DNA from: Candidatus Zhuqueibacterota bacterium
Lineage (GTDB): Bacteria > Zhuqueibacterota > Zhuqueibacteria > Thermofontimicrobiales > Thermofontimicrobiaceae
Direction of reading: 5' to 3'
DNA length: 64,000 bases
NCBI GenBank assembly: GCA_049322915.1
Contig: JBMOPW010000014.1
Location: 509,527-573,526, forward strand
Shown: piece after piece, positions 48,823-59,024 of the stretch
Layout of the letters: each line of letters begins with the position of its first letter
Position numbering within the stretch: position 1 is the first letter of the stretch
Translations under genes and position numbers: made by a program
The notes under the pieces: model-generated
Told to the model about the DNA's origin: nothing
Database searches by the model: none
The model's input: the letters and a program-made list of their open reading frames with translations, nothing else

Positions 48823-51084
48823 TTGAAACGCGACAACATCAAAACCACAATCGGGCAAAAAGTCCTATTGATCAGCTTCGGGATTTTTATCCTTTTCCTG
48901 ATCGAAGCGGGGCTGCGAATCTTTCATGTGAGCGAGCGCGGGACACAGTCCGATCCCTTTGTTGGGTTCGAAAAAATTTACCCGCTGTTTGGCGAAAAAA
49001 CCAATGCGGAGGGGAAGACCGTATTGGCGACCAACCCCAATAAACTGTCCTTCTTCAATCACCAGGAATTCGAACGAGCGAAGTCGGCCAACGCCTATCG
49101 GATATTTTGCTTTGGCGGCTCGACGACCTACGGCAGTCCCTATCGCGCTGAGACGGCATTCCCGAATTGGATGAAGCTGATACTGGCTTCGATCGATTCG
49201 ACGCGAACGTACGAAGTGATAAACGCCGGCGGCATCTCGTATGCCAGCTATCGCATTATTCACCTTGTCGAAGAGGCGCTTCAATACCAGCCGGATCTGT
49301 TCGTGCTGTACACCGGGCATAATGAATTTCTTGAGGCGCGCACGTATGAAAATATTTTGCAGCAGCATTCCACCCTGAAAAAGATTCGCATCGCGCTGGA
49401 CAGGTCGCATGCGTATCGCCTGCTGCGCGACATTGTATCGCCTGCCGATCACGCATCGAATTCAATCAATCCCCAAAACAATCTGGCTCAGGAAGTGCAG
49501 ACCATTCTGGACGAGAGTGCCGGTCTGGATCGGTACACACGGGCTACCCTGCAGCAGAAGAAGACATTCAGTCATTTTCGGTTCAATCTGGAAAAAATTA
49601 TCCGACTTGCCCGGGCCAATGGCGTGGGCATCATGTTCGTGACTCCCGGGAGCAATGTCCGGGATTTTTCTCCGTTCAAATCTGAGCACGAACAGGGCCT
49701 TTCTGAAAGCGAGCGCGTTGCATGGGAAGAATCGTTTCGGATCGGGCAAATCAATCAGCGCCAGTCCCGCTTCAAAGACGCGCTGATAGCGTACGAAAAA
49801 TGCCTGCAAATCGACAACCAGTATGCGGAACTGGTTTACAACATCGCTATTTGCATGGACAAGACAGGGCAATTCGACCTGGCAGGAAAGTATTTCGACA
49901 TGGCGAAAGAGCTCGATGTCTGCCCGCTGCGCGCGCCGAATGCCATCCATGCAATCATCAAAGAAAATTGTGAGAAATATAATGCGCCGGTCATTGATAT
50001 GGCGGCGGAATTTCAAAACCTGTGTCCGAATCAGATTTCCGATAATACCATGTTTATCGATCACGTTCATCCGACCATTCGCGGAAACCAGGTTATCGCC
50101 GAACGGCTGGTGGAAGCGATGCAACGGGAAGGCTGGATTTCTTCAGCGAATAAGCTGAGTCCGCAGACCCTGCAGCCGGTTTACGACACATTGCTTTCAT
50201 CTTTGCCAAATGACTACTACCTGGCAGGGCTCATCAACCTGGCCAAAGTGCTTGGCTGGGCCGGCAAAGAGCAGGAAAAACTGGCCATTCTCATTGCCAA
50301 TGCTGGTAAGCTGACCGGCTTTTTCGAGTATCATTCCATGATCGGAACCAGCGCGCTCCGGGTCGGAAAATTCGATGAGGCCATCGGGCATTTCAGGGAG
50401 TCGATCCGGCTCAATCCCGGGCATAGTGCAGGATACACCAATCTCGGCTTTGCATTGGAAATGTCCGGCTCGCCGGATGAGGCGCAAAAATTCTACGAGC
50501 AGGCCCTGTCCCTGAATCCGGAAGATTACGTGGCCAGGGCTAATGTGGCGCGGATTTTTTTCATCAAAAGTGAGTTCGACAAAGCGGTTACTGAATATAA
50601 AAAAGCCATAACGCTGAACGAAGATTACGCGGTCGCGCGCCAGGGATTGGGCGTGGTGTATTTCAAACAGGGCAATACCGCGCGGGCGCTGGAAGAGCTC
50701 AATGAGGCCGTGCGCCTGGACCCCAATTATGCCGAGGCGTATTATGACATGGGACTTGTCTATCTCGAAACACGGCGAATCGATGACGCCATGGTACAAT
50801 TTCAAAAGGCCATAAAAATCGATCCCTTTTATGCAGACGCCTATTCCAGTCTTGGCGTGTGTTTGTATTCGAAGCATCAGTTGGAAGACGCCATCGCCAA
50901 TTTGAAACGAGCCGTGGACATCAATCCGAACCTGGGCAAGGCGCACAACAATCTGGCCATTGCCTATCACAGCGCCGGGAATTTAGAATTGGCCCTGCAT
51001 CACGTCCGCGAAGCGCAGCGAAATAATTACACGGTTCACCCCCAATTTTGGGAACTGCTGCAAAATGAGGCGAGGCAGAAATAG
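48823..51084 (+). CDS. membrane-anchored SGNH/GDSL hydrolase + TPR protein
   Basis: N-terminal TM; FGGSTTYG, INAGG, GHNEF, DHVHP blocks; several C-terminal TPRs. Confidence 0.85.
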   Translation: MKRDNIKTTIGQKVLLISFGIFILFLIEAGLRIFHVSERGTQSDPFVGFEKIYPLFGEKTNAEGKTVLATNPNKLSFFNHQEFERAKSANAYRIFCFGGSTTYGSPYRAETAFPNWMKLILASIDSTRTYEVINAGGISYASYRIIHLVEEALQYQPDLFVLYTGHNEFLEARTYENILQQHSTLKKIRIALDRSHAYRLLRDIVSPADHASNSINPQNNLAQEVQTILDESAGLDRYTRATLQQKKTFSHFRFNLEKIIRLARANGVGIMFVTPGSNVRDFSPFKSEHEQGLSESERVAWEESFRIGQINQRQSRFKDALIAYEKCLQIDNQYAELVYNIAICMDKTGQFDLAGKYFDMAKELDVCPLRAPNAIHAIIKENCEKYNAPVIDMAAEFQNLCPNQISDNTMFIDHVHPTIRGNQVIAERLVEAMQREGWISSANKLSPQTLQPVYDTLLSSLPNDYYLAGLINLAKVLGWAGKEQEKLAILIANAGKLTGFFEYHSMIGTSALRVGKFDEAIGHFRESIRLNPGHSAGYTNLGFALEMSGSPDEAQKFYEQALSLNPEDYVARANVARIFFIKSEFDKAVTEYKKAITLNEDYAVARQGLGVVYFKQGNTARALEELNEAVRLDPNYAEAYYDMGLVYLETRRIDDAMVQFQKAIKIDPFYADAYSSLGVCLYSKHQLEDAIANLKRAVDINPNLGKAHNNLAIAYHSAGNLELALHHVREAQRNNYTVHPQFWELLQNEARQK

Positions 51085-51204
51085 AGAAAAGAGAGGAACC
51101 ACAGAGCGCTCAGAGTTTTCACTGAAGGCGTTGAGTTTTTTTATAACTTAAATTTATAAAATGGATTTTTATAATCAAATTTAGCTATTTAATTTCTAAA
51201 AACA

Positions 51205-51260
51205 TATGGAGTGAATTGACTGTGTCAATACATGCATCGACACAGTCGATGCACTCCATA
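51205..51260. repeat. long imperfect palindrome (REP-like)
   Basis: TATGGAGTGAATTGACTGTGTCAAT / ATCGACACAGTCGATGCACTCCATA, 22/25 complementary with a 6-nt loop. Confidence 0.6.
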
Positions 51261-51332
51261 CAAAAATAATACGTTATACGCGTATTAGAAATTCCTCCTG
51301 AATTTTACCCCTGCCGCGTGTAAATTCTCTGC

Positions 51333-51361
51333 TTGACATTTGTCTGAATATTAAATATATT
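51333..51361 (+). promoter_or_regulatory. sigma70-type promoter upstream of nifS-selD
   Basis: TTGACA-N17-TATATT. Confidence 0.6.
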
Positions 51362-51517
51362 CATAAAAATGTGAATCATATAGAGATATCTCCCCACGAA
51401 ATAGGCGGAAGAACACGGAATTGAATACCGAAATGCTTCATCCGCGATTTTTCGTATTTTCAGCGGGCAAAATATTTTTCTTTCTTTGTATTTCAGGATA
51501 ACTAAAAAAGGGCTTGA

Positions 51518-53728
51518 ATGAAACCGATTTATTTAGACCACAACGCAACCACTCCCATCGATTCGGCGGTTGCGGACGCCATGATGCCGTATTTAAAGGA
51601 GGGATTCGGCAATCCATCCAGCTCGCACTGGTACGGCGTGCAAACCAAAAAGGCGGTGGAAAATGCGCGCCGGCAGGTGGCTGCGTTGTTAGGCTGCGAC
51701 TCGGACGAAATCATTTTCACCAGCGGCGGGACTGAGTCCAACAACTACGCCATTCGCGGCGTCGCTGAAACATTTCGCGAAAAGGGCAATCACATCATCA
51801 CGTCGTCGGTGGAACATCCGGCTGTGATCAATGTCTGCAATTATCTGGAAAGACATGGCTTCGAGGTGACCTATCTGCCGGTGGATTCCTACGGCATGGT
51901 TCAGGCCGAAGAAGTTGAAAAAGCCATCCGACCGGGCACCGTTCTGATTACCATAATGCACGCGAATAACGAAGTCGGCACGATTCAGCCCATTTCGGAG
52001 GTTGCCGAGATCGCGAAAAAACATGGGATTTTATTTCACACCGACGCGGCGCAGTCGGTTGGCAAAATCGCGACGCGCGTGAAAGAACTGGGCGTGGATA
52101 TGATGTCCATCGCCGGGCACAAACTGTACGCACCAAAAGGCATCGGCGCGCTGTACCTTCGCCGCGGGTTGAAATTACAGTCGTTGATGCTGGGCGCCAA
52201 TCACGAGGCCGGCCGCCGCGCCGGCACTGAAAATGTGCTGGAAATTGTGGGATTGGGTAAAGCATGCGATTTGGCTGGACAGCATTTTGAAGCGAATCAA
52301 CAGCACATGAAAAAACTGCGCGACCGTTTGTGGGATGGATTTCAGCGCCAATTGCCGGACACGATTTTGAATGGTCACCCGGAAAAACGGCTGCCCAACA
52401 CGCTCAACGTGTCGTTCCCCGGCATCGACGCCAACACCCTGTTGGACGAATTGACCGAAGTGGCAGCTTCCCCCGGCGCTGCCTGCCATACCGATGTAGC
52501 GGAACCGTCGCCGGTACTTCTGGCCATGAAAGTGCCGATCGAGCGGGCGCTGGGCACCATTCGTTTTTCCACCGGCAAATTGAACGACGAGGAACAGATC
52601 GACCGGGCAATCGACTTTATCGCGAGCGCCGTGAAGCGGCTCCGCCCGGACAGCGCGGAGGAAGCGCCGATTATTTCGGTCGGCAAAGAAATTAAACTGA
52701 CCCATTTCACGCACGGTCTGGGCTGCGCCTGCAAATTGCGGCCGCAAAATCTGGAGGAGGTGCTGTCCTCGTTCGCTGCCATCACCGATCCCAATGTGCT
52801 GGTGGGAATTAATACGTCGGACGACGCGGCTGTGTACCGTTTGAGCGACAGCCTCGCCATTGTGCAGACTGTCGATTTTTTCACGCCCATTGTGGACGAT
52901 CCCTACCATTTCGGCGCCATCGCCGCGACCAATTCGCTGAGTGATATTTATGCCATGGGCGGCCGTCCCATTTTCGCGCTGAACATTGTCGGTTTTCCGG
53001 AGAAGCGTTTGCCCATGCAGGTGCTGAAGCAAATCCTCCAGGGCGCAGCGGATAAAGCGCACGAGGCCGGTATCGAAATTTTGGGCGGCCACACAGTGGA
53101 GGATTCAGAGCCCAAGTTCGGATTGACCGTGACCGGGACGATACATCCGCAGAAAGTATGGACCAACGCCGGCGCCCAACCGGGGGACGCTTTAATTTTG
53201 ACCAAGCCCATCGGACTGGGAATAATCACCACTGGCATCAAGCGGGGACTTGTGAATGAAGATATTGAAGCATTGGCCATTCACATCATGAGTCGCCTGA
53301 ACAAGGACGCGGCTCAGGTCGGTAAAAATTATACCATCCATGCCTGCACTGATGTGACGGGATTTGGGTTGCTGGGCCATTTGAAAGAAATGACTGCCGG
53401 CAGCAAAGTGAATGCGACAATCTATGTCGAAAGCGTTCCGTTCATCCCCGAGGCCCGCGAACTGGCCGCTGCCGATGTAATTCCCGGCGGCACCAGAGCG
53501 AACATGGAATATGTCGCTCCGTACGTTCGCTGGGGCGACGCTGTCTCCGAAATTGACAGGGTGCTGCTATGCGACGCCCAAACCTCCGGCGGATTGATAC
53601 TGGCTGTGCCGCAGAATGAAGAGGACGCACTGTTAGCCGACCTGGTGCAGCGAGGATTGACAGATACCCAAATTATTGGGGAAATGACGGAAGCGGGTAA
53701 GGGGATGATCACAGTAAATACGAAATGA
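51518..53728 (+). CDS. selD: fusion of NifS/IscS-type cysteine desulfurase (selenocysteine lyase) and selenide,water dikinase
   Basis: N-half: YLDHNATTP, FTSGGTESNN, HTDAAQS, AGHKLYAPKG, GAACH. C-half: GLGCACK, SDDAAVY, TVDFFTPIVDDP, GGHT, TDVTGFGLLGH, DAQTSGGL. Single uninterrupted ORF. Confidence 0.92.
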   Translation: MKPIYLDHNATTPIDSAVADAMMPYLKEGFGNPSSSHWYGVQTKKAVENARRQVAALLGCDSDEIIFTSGGTESNNYAIRGVAETFREKGNHIITSSVEHPAVINVCNYLERHGFEVTYLPVDSYGMVQAEEVEKAIRPGTVLITIMHANNEVGTIQPISEVAEIAKKHGILFHTDAAQSVGKIATRVKELGVDMMSIAGHKLYAPKGIGALYLRRGLKLQSLMLGANHEAGRRAGTENVLEIVGLGKACDLAGQHFEANQQHMKKLRDRLWDGFQRQLPDTILNGHPEKRLPNTLNVSFPGIDANTLLDELTEVAASPGAACHTDVAEPSPVLLAMKVPIERALGTIRFSTGKLNDEEQIDRAIDFIASAVKRLRPDSAEEAPIISVGKEIKLTHFTHGLGCACKLRPQNLEEVLSSFAAITDPNVLVGINTSDDAAVYRLSDSLAIVQTVDFFTPIVDDPYHFGAIAATNSLSDIYAMGGRPIFALNIVGFPEKRLPMQVLKQILQGAADKAHEAGIEILGGHTVEDSEPKFGLTVTGTIHPQKVWTNAGAQPGDALILTKPIGLGIITTGIKRGLVNEDIEALAIHIMSRLNKDAAQVGKNYTIHACTDVTGFGLLGHLKEMTAGSKVNATIYVESVPFIPEARELAAADVIPGGTRANMEYVAPYVRWGDAVSEIDRVLLCDAQTSGGLILAVPQNEEDALLADLVQRGLTDTQIIGEMTEAGKGMITVNTK

Positions 53729-53865
53729 AAAAGATTGCAGACTAAGCGGTAGCAATCCAACGTACTTATTTAATTGAATCATTTGAATGATGACTGAAAT
53801 TGGATTTGGTTTTGGTATTTGAATTTTTTTATTCGATTCAGTCGTTCATTAAAAAGGAGGGTACC

Positions 53866-55011
53866 ATGAACCGTTCAATGCTGGCTGTTTTTCTGTTTTT
53901 CATCGCTGCTCATGCCGGGGATAACTGGAAAGGCGAAATTAAAATCATCGATGGCGTTACCCATGTTTTGAATACTACAGAGCCGCTCAATCCGAAATTC
54001 ACCATTTCATTGGAGAAGCAAGTCGTTCTGGGCGATGATATTAACGCCGAAGAATTCGTTTTCGAGCAGATCATCGACGGTGATGCGGACGAAAACGGAA
54101 ACATTTACCTGCTGGACTTCACCGCGTGTCACGTGCTCGTATTCGACAAAACCGGAGAATTGATCAAAACCATCGGGCGCAAGGGACAGGGACCAGGAGA
54201 ATTCACCTATCCCATGTCGATTTCAATAGTCGGGCCGGATACATTTTTTGTGGCCCAGGCAAATCCCAATCGCTTCACGTTTTTCAATTTTCAGGGCGAA
54301 CACATCAAGGATTTTACACTCGTTTTTACGGGCACATTTACCAAGGCGCGGCTTTTTTCACCCGGCAAACTCATTTATTCCAAATCAGAATTTTCAATGA
54401 AGGGCGAAAAATCATTCATGAAATTGAGCCTGAATACACGGGATATTGGGCAGGAAAATGATGCCGTTTTTTTTGAGACGGAAAAAGAAATGGATTTCAT
54501 GCGAACGAAAAAAGTATCTCAAAAAAGTACGCCCACTCTGCTGTGGACCTTCGATAAATCTGGAAGTGTGTACGCTGTCGATGATGTTTTTGATTACAAA
54601 ATCAAGGTCGCAGACTGCGCCGGTGAGGTGTTTCGCCTCATCGTGAAAAAATTCAGCCCGGTGAAAAAGACCAAAGAGGAAGTCGAAAAGGAAATGAAGC
54701 AGTTCGATGAAATACAGGAGCGAATGGGCGTGCAAATCGATTTTGATTATGAGACATCGCCGGAGAAGAGCATCATCAGCACGCTGCTGACGGATGAAAA
54801 AGGACGCTTGTGGGTAATCACACCGGAGGACGCGCCCAAAGACGGGATGGCGTTCGACGTATTTAACAGCGACGGAAAATTTTTGAACAAGATAAAAATC
54901 GAATCCATGAAGCCCGGGAATTTATTCATCAAGGGGAATCATTTATACAGCATTTACAGGGATGAGGATGAGCTATCGAAATTTGCGCGGTATAAGATTA
55001 TTGAGAAGTAG
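53866..55011 (+). CDS. exported 6-bladed beta-propeller (NHL-like) protein
   Basis: AGGAGG RBS, signal peptide, DENGNIYLLD, IGRKGQGPGEF, DEKGRLWV, FDVFNSDGKFL. Confidence 0.8.
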   Translation: MNRSMLAVFLFFIAAHAGDNWKGEIKIIDGVTHVLNTTEPLNPKFTISLEKQVVLGDDINAEEFVFEQIIDGDADENGNIYLLDFTACHVLVFDKTGELIKTIGRKGQGPGEFTYPMSISIVGPDTFFVAQANPNRFTFFNFQGEHIKDFTLVFTGTFTKARLFSPGKLIYSKSEFSMKGEKSFMKLSLNTRDIGQENDAVFFETEKEMDFMRTKKVSQKSTPTLLWTFDKSGSVYAVDDVFDYKIKVADCAGEVFRLIVKKFSPVKKTKEEVEKEMKQFDEIQERMGVQIDFDYETSPEKSIISTLLTDEKGRLWVITPEDAPKDGMAFDVFNSDGKFLNKIKIESMKPGNLFIKGNHLYSIYRDEDELSKFARYKIIEK

Positions 55012-55082
55012 AGTTGAATTTTCTTTCGTTCGGGGAAACAATCACCCCTGTTGTCCGAAGGACGCCGGGTGTGTTAGCCGGT

Positions 55083-56543
55083 TCACCGCGAAACTATAAG
55101 CAATTTTTCTGAATAATGTTCAATCCCATTGTGCAGCGCTCTGGCCACGCTCTGACAGTATGATTCTGATGTCAACAATTGTTCATCCATGGAGTTGGTC
55201 AAAAATCCAACCTCGACGAGAATGGCCGGCATCTCGGCGCCAATGAGCACGACAAATCCTGCCTGTCGGACGCCGCGGTTATTCTGGTTGGTTCCCGCGA
55301 TCAAATGATACTGGATTAACTCTGCAAATTCCCGGCTCTCTTCTGTCTTGCAATTTTTCAATATATCACTGAGAGTCGACTCCAACTGGCTGAACGAAAT
55401 ATGCGCGGTTGTATTCTCGAAAGCGGCCACGCGCCGGGCTTCTTCATCTTTGGCAAGCGACAGATAATAGGTCTCGATCCCGTTTCGGTCGCTGAATTGA
55501 TGCGCATTCGCATGGATGCTGATGAACAGGTCGCCGTGTTTCTGATTGGCAAACGCGGTACGTTCCTCCAGCGGGAGATACACATCCGATTCCCGGGTCA
55601 GATGAACAGCGACATGTTTATCCTGTTTCAGTAAAGCGGCCAACTGTTTGGCGATGTGCAGGGTAATGTCTTTTTCCTGAACGCCGGTGGGACTCACCGC
55701 GCCGGGGTCTTTTCCGCCGTGCCCGGGATCGATGATAATGGTGTTCACTTTCAAACCCAACTCCTGCGCCAGTGTGCTTTCAGAATGGGGAGCAGAGCTA
55801 TTTACTTCGGAAGCGAACCCCAAATTTTTCGAGGCCGAGTTTGCAGCCACCCGGGTGGAACCATCGGCGCGGGGCGTGAGAGGACCGGCGAACGAAAAAT
55901 CAACGTACATCTGGTTCAGACGGCTGTCCTGCGTGATAGCGAAGGCGACTGCCTGGCTCAGGTCCAGGACAATGCGGGCGGTGTTTTTATCGAACTGACC
56001 GGCGCGTATCATTTTGACAAAGCCATCATTAATTTCAACGACCTTTTTATTCGGTTCGAGATAAGTTTGGTTGAGGTCAATGTAAAGCCTGTCCGGCTGT
56101 TTCAATACATTGGCCTTATATTCTGGCAGATAGTCGAGCAGAATGGTGAGCCGATAATGATCAGGCTCTGCCGAGAGATAAAAGTCTTTGATGTGAGTCG
56201 ACCGGTTGTCCCGTGACAAATCCAAATGGTTTGCATCATTGCGGTCCCGCAAATGCGCTGTTGCCGGCTGGCTGTCCGATCCATTGCGCCGTGCATTGTT
56301 CTTATTTTTTGACGAAGCGACGTCCAGCGTCCCTTCGATTGCCTCGGAGGATAGCGTCGGATACTGAAACGGCGCAGGTCGAATTTCATCGGAGGCAGCG
56401 TTGTAATTTTGAACAGAGTGGATGAATGTTCGGAGTCTGGCGCCCGGGGTGCACGAGAAAATTAAAATCAAAATGCTGACCCCCAGACGCATTCCTGATT
56501 TCAATAGCTCTTCTACCATGGGTATTCGACCTTTTTTCAACAT
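55083..56543 (-). CDS. N-acetylmuramoyl-L-alanine amidase with AMIN domain (AmiC-like)
   Basis: PDRLYIDL, RIVLDL, IIDPGHGGKDPGA, FISIHAN, MPAILVEVGF; exact start uncertain. Confidence 0.9.
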   Translation of the reverse strand: MLKKGRIPMVEELLKSGMRLGVSILILIFSCTPGARLRTFIHSVQNYNAASDEIRPAPFQYPTLSSEAIEGTLDVASSKNKNNARRNGSDSQPATAHLRDRNDANHLDLSRDNRSTHIKDFYLSAEPDHYRLTILLDYLPEYKANVLKQPDRLYIDLNQTYLEPNKKVVEINDGFVKMIRAGQFDKNTARIVLDLSQAVAFAITQDSRLNQMYVDFSFAGPLTPRADGSTRVAANSASKNLGFASEVNSSAPHSESTLAQELGLKVNTIIIDPGHGGKDPGAVSPTGVQEKDITLHIAKQLAALLKQDKHVAVHLTRESDVYLPLEERTAFANQKHGDLFISIHANAHQFSDRNGIETYYLSLAKDEEARRVAAFENTTAHISFSQLESTLSDILKNCKTEESREFAELIQYHLIAGTNQNNRGVRQAGFVVLIGAEMPAILVEVGFLTNSMDEQLLTSESYCQSVARALHNGIEHYSEKLLIVSR

Positions 56544-56820
56544 TTGTATCAGCGAATTAACCCTACTCCGTCATTTAGCAAGTTCTGCACAATATATTGT
56601 ATGTTATGTTGTCAGAAAAAACGATATATTGTGCTAATAATTCTAAGTGACGTTGTAGGGTTAATATGAAAAGCATCTACTATATTTTCGACACACTCAT
56701 TGAAAAACCTTAACAATTGGCAGTGAACTTTGCACGGAATGATGGTGTTTAATCGGCAACACGTGTTGTTACAAAAATATATAATATTCTCTACCGGGCA
56801 ATTTCAGGAAAGGAAGAAGG

Positions 56821-58065
56821 ATGAGCACTCTGGCCTGTCTGGGCGGCGCGCCGATCTCAGAAAATGTATTGCAGCAGTCAGAACTGGTAAAGCGACCGGA
56901 TTTGGAAAAAAAGTACCTGCTGGAGGTGTACGACTCCGGCGCCTGGGACGATTGGCCCGGTGAAAATTCCATGGCGTCGCTTTTTCAAAAAGAATGGGCG
57001 GAATTCAATAATTCCAGGCATTGCGCGTTGCTCACCAATGGGACCCATACGCTGCAAGTGGCGCTGGAATCACTGGATATTGGGGTTGGCGACGAAGTGA
57101 TTGTGCCCGGGCTCACCTGGCAGGCGACTGCCAGCGCCGTGTGCGATGTGAACGCAACTCCGGTTCTGGTCGATGTGGAACCGGACACGCTCTGCATTGA
57201 TCCGCAGAAAGTGGAGCAGGCGATTACATCGCGGACGCGGGCGATTATTCCTGTGCATTTGTATCATCGCATGGCTGACATGGACCGGTTTCTGGCAATC
57301 GCTAAAAAGCACAATCTGCATCTCATTGAAGACAGCGCCCACAGTCACGGTTCGCTATGGCGGGGCAAGAACGCCGGCACCATGGGGGTGTTCGGCTCGT
57401 TCAGTTTTCAGCGGTCAAAATTAATGAACGCCGGCGAAGGCGGTGCGCTGCTGATGCAGGATGAATCGCTCTATTGGAAAGTGGTGAGCCAGCGCAGTTG
57501 CGGCCGGGAATACCAGACTACAAAAGTTCACAGCGGAAATTATCGCATCACCAGCTTTCAGGCTGCTGTGCTGCGGGGACAGTTAGCAGCGCTGAAACAA
57601 AATATTGACACCATCAATTCGCGCGGGCTGTCCTTAGATAGGGCAATCGCCGACGCGCCAGGCGTGACGCCCCTGCGCCGCGACCCGAATATCACGCGGC
57701 AATGCAGCTACGCGTTCATTTTCCTGTTCGATCCCGAAGCATTCAACGGGCTGGACGTCGCTCATTTCCGGGAGGCATTATCGGCGGAGCTGGGCATCCC
57801 GTTTTACACGACGTACACCCCGCTCTCCCATAGCGAGGTCTATTACCCGCACACGAAAAGGCGGCATTCTCTCTCCGAAGCTTATTTAAAAGCGATCACG
57901 CCATCGCGCTGGGAATTGCCGGTGGCCGATGATATCTGGAAAAACAGAGCGGTGCTGACCCAATGGAACGTGTTCGGCTGCCCGGCGGAAAAGACGAAAT
58001 TGTTCACCGATGCTGTGGCCAAAATTTATGAACATCGCGGCGAGCTACTCCGCGCCCGCGCGTGA
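56821..58065 (+). CDS. DegT/DnrJ/EryC1/StrS-family PLP aminotransferase (aminocyclitol/AHBA-synthase-like branch)
   Basis: TNGTHTL, GVGDEVIVPGLTWQAT, IIPVHLY, IEDSAHSHG, SFSFQRSKLMNAGEGG, SGNYR. Confidence 0.88.
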   Translation: MSTLACLGGAPISENVLQQSELVKRPDLEKKYLLEVYDSGAWDDWPGENSMASLFQKEWAEFNNSRHCALLTNGTHTLQVALESLDIGVGDEVIVPGLTWQATASAVCDVNATPVLVDVEPDTLCIDPQKVEQAITSRTRAIIPVHLYHRMADMDRFLAIAKKHNLHLIEDSAHSHGSLWRGKNAGTMGVFGSFSFQRSKLMNAGEGGALLMQDESLYWKVVSQRSCGREYQTTKVHSGNYRITSFQAAVLRGQLAALKQNIDTINSRGLSLDRAIADAPGVTPLRRDPNITRQCSYAFIFLFDPEAFNGLDVAHFREALSAELGIPFYTTYTPLSHSEVYYPHTKRRHSLSEAYLKAITPSRWELPVADDIWKNRAVLTQWNVFGCPAEKTKLFTDAVAKIYEHRGELLRARA

Positions 58066-58086
58066 GAATTATTCACTGGTACGACT

Positions 58087-58839
58087 ATGAATTTGAATGA
58101 ATTCTGGAGCCCGTTTTGTGGCGCCGTCTCCATTACGTTCGACGACGGGACGGATAATCAACTGGAAAAAGCAGTCCCCCTCCTGGATAGCCACAGGATT
58201 TTGGGGACGTTCTATCTTCATCCCCATGGTTCGCACTGGGAGCGCCATCAGAAAACGTGGCAGGCAATTGGCGAGACAGGGCATGAAATTGGCAATCATT
58301 CGCTGTCCCATTATTGCCCCAACAATCTGACGGGCCGGCGCGGCAATCTAGAGGATTTGACGCTGGCCGATATCGAAAAGGATATTCGAATCGCGCAGGA
58401 GCGGCTATCGCCAATCGCCCCGCATCAGAAAAACTGGACATTTGCCTATCCGTGTTACTGCACCTATGTGGGACAGGGAATCGCGCAGCAAAGCTACGTC
58501 CCGCTGGTTGCGCAGCACTTTCTTGCCGGTCGGGCTGGCGGCGAATATGGCTTTGGCAACTGGCCGGGACTGATCGATCTGGCAAACATATCGGCCATGG
58601 CAACGGACCGCATGAGTGGATTCGAAATGATCGGTTTGGTCGAAGAACTGACGACGCGGGGGCAATGGGTCGTGCTGGTCTTTCACGAAATTAATGGCCC
58701 GCGGCTCACTGTGGGGAGCCATGATTTTCAAATGCTTCTCAACTACTTGCAGCGAAAATCGAACGAAATTTGGACCGCTCCGGTCGCTGCTGTCGCTTCG
58801 AAAATTGCTGAATATAACGACGAATTTTCAGCCCCATGA
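58087..58839 (+). CDS. polysaccharide deacetylase (CE4/NodB-like)
   Basis: SITFDDG, HEIGNHSLSH, TFAYP, LVFH, WTAPV. Confidence 0.85.
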   Translation: MNLNEFWSPFCGAVSITFDDGTDNQLEKAVPLLDSHRILGTFYLHPHGSHWERHQKTWQAIGETGHEIGNHSLSHYCPNNLTGRRGNLEDLTLADIEKDIRIAQERLSPIAPHQKNWTFAYPCYCTYVGQGIAQQSYVPLVAQHFLAGRAGGEYGFGNWPGLIDLANISAMATDRMSGFEMIGLVEELTTRGQWVVLVFHEINGPRLTVGSHDFQMLLNYLQRKSNEIWTAPVAAVASKIAEYNDEFSAP

Positions 58840-59024
58840 TTCAGTGGATCTGATGCTCGCTTGCACGACGTCCATTCATCTTCTTTTCAACCATAACGAC
58901 GCCAAAAAGAAAACGCTATTACCCGGGTTTGGCGTCGCCGGGTAAGCCTCATGACAAAAATTTTAAACCCATCGAACTGTCCTGCAATTGCCATTAAATG
59001 TTAACCATGAAAAGGAGCGCGTTG

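Noticed and set aside
52690..52745. Selenocysteine (UGA) recoding in SelD or neighbouring genes
   Set aside because: The active-site codons are TGC; I saw no convincing in-frame TGA with continuing homology, though this was not searched exhaustively
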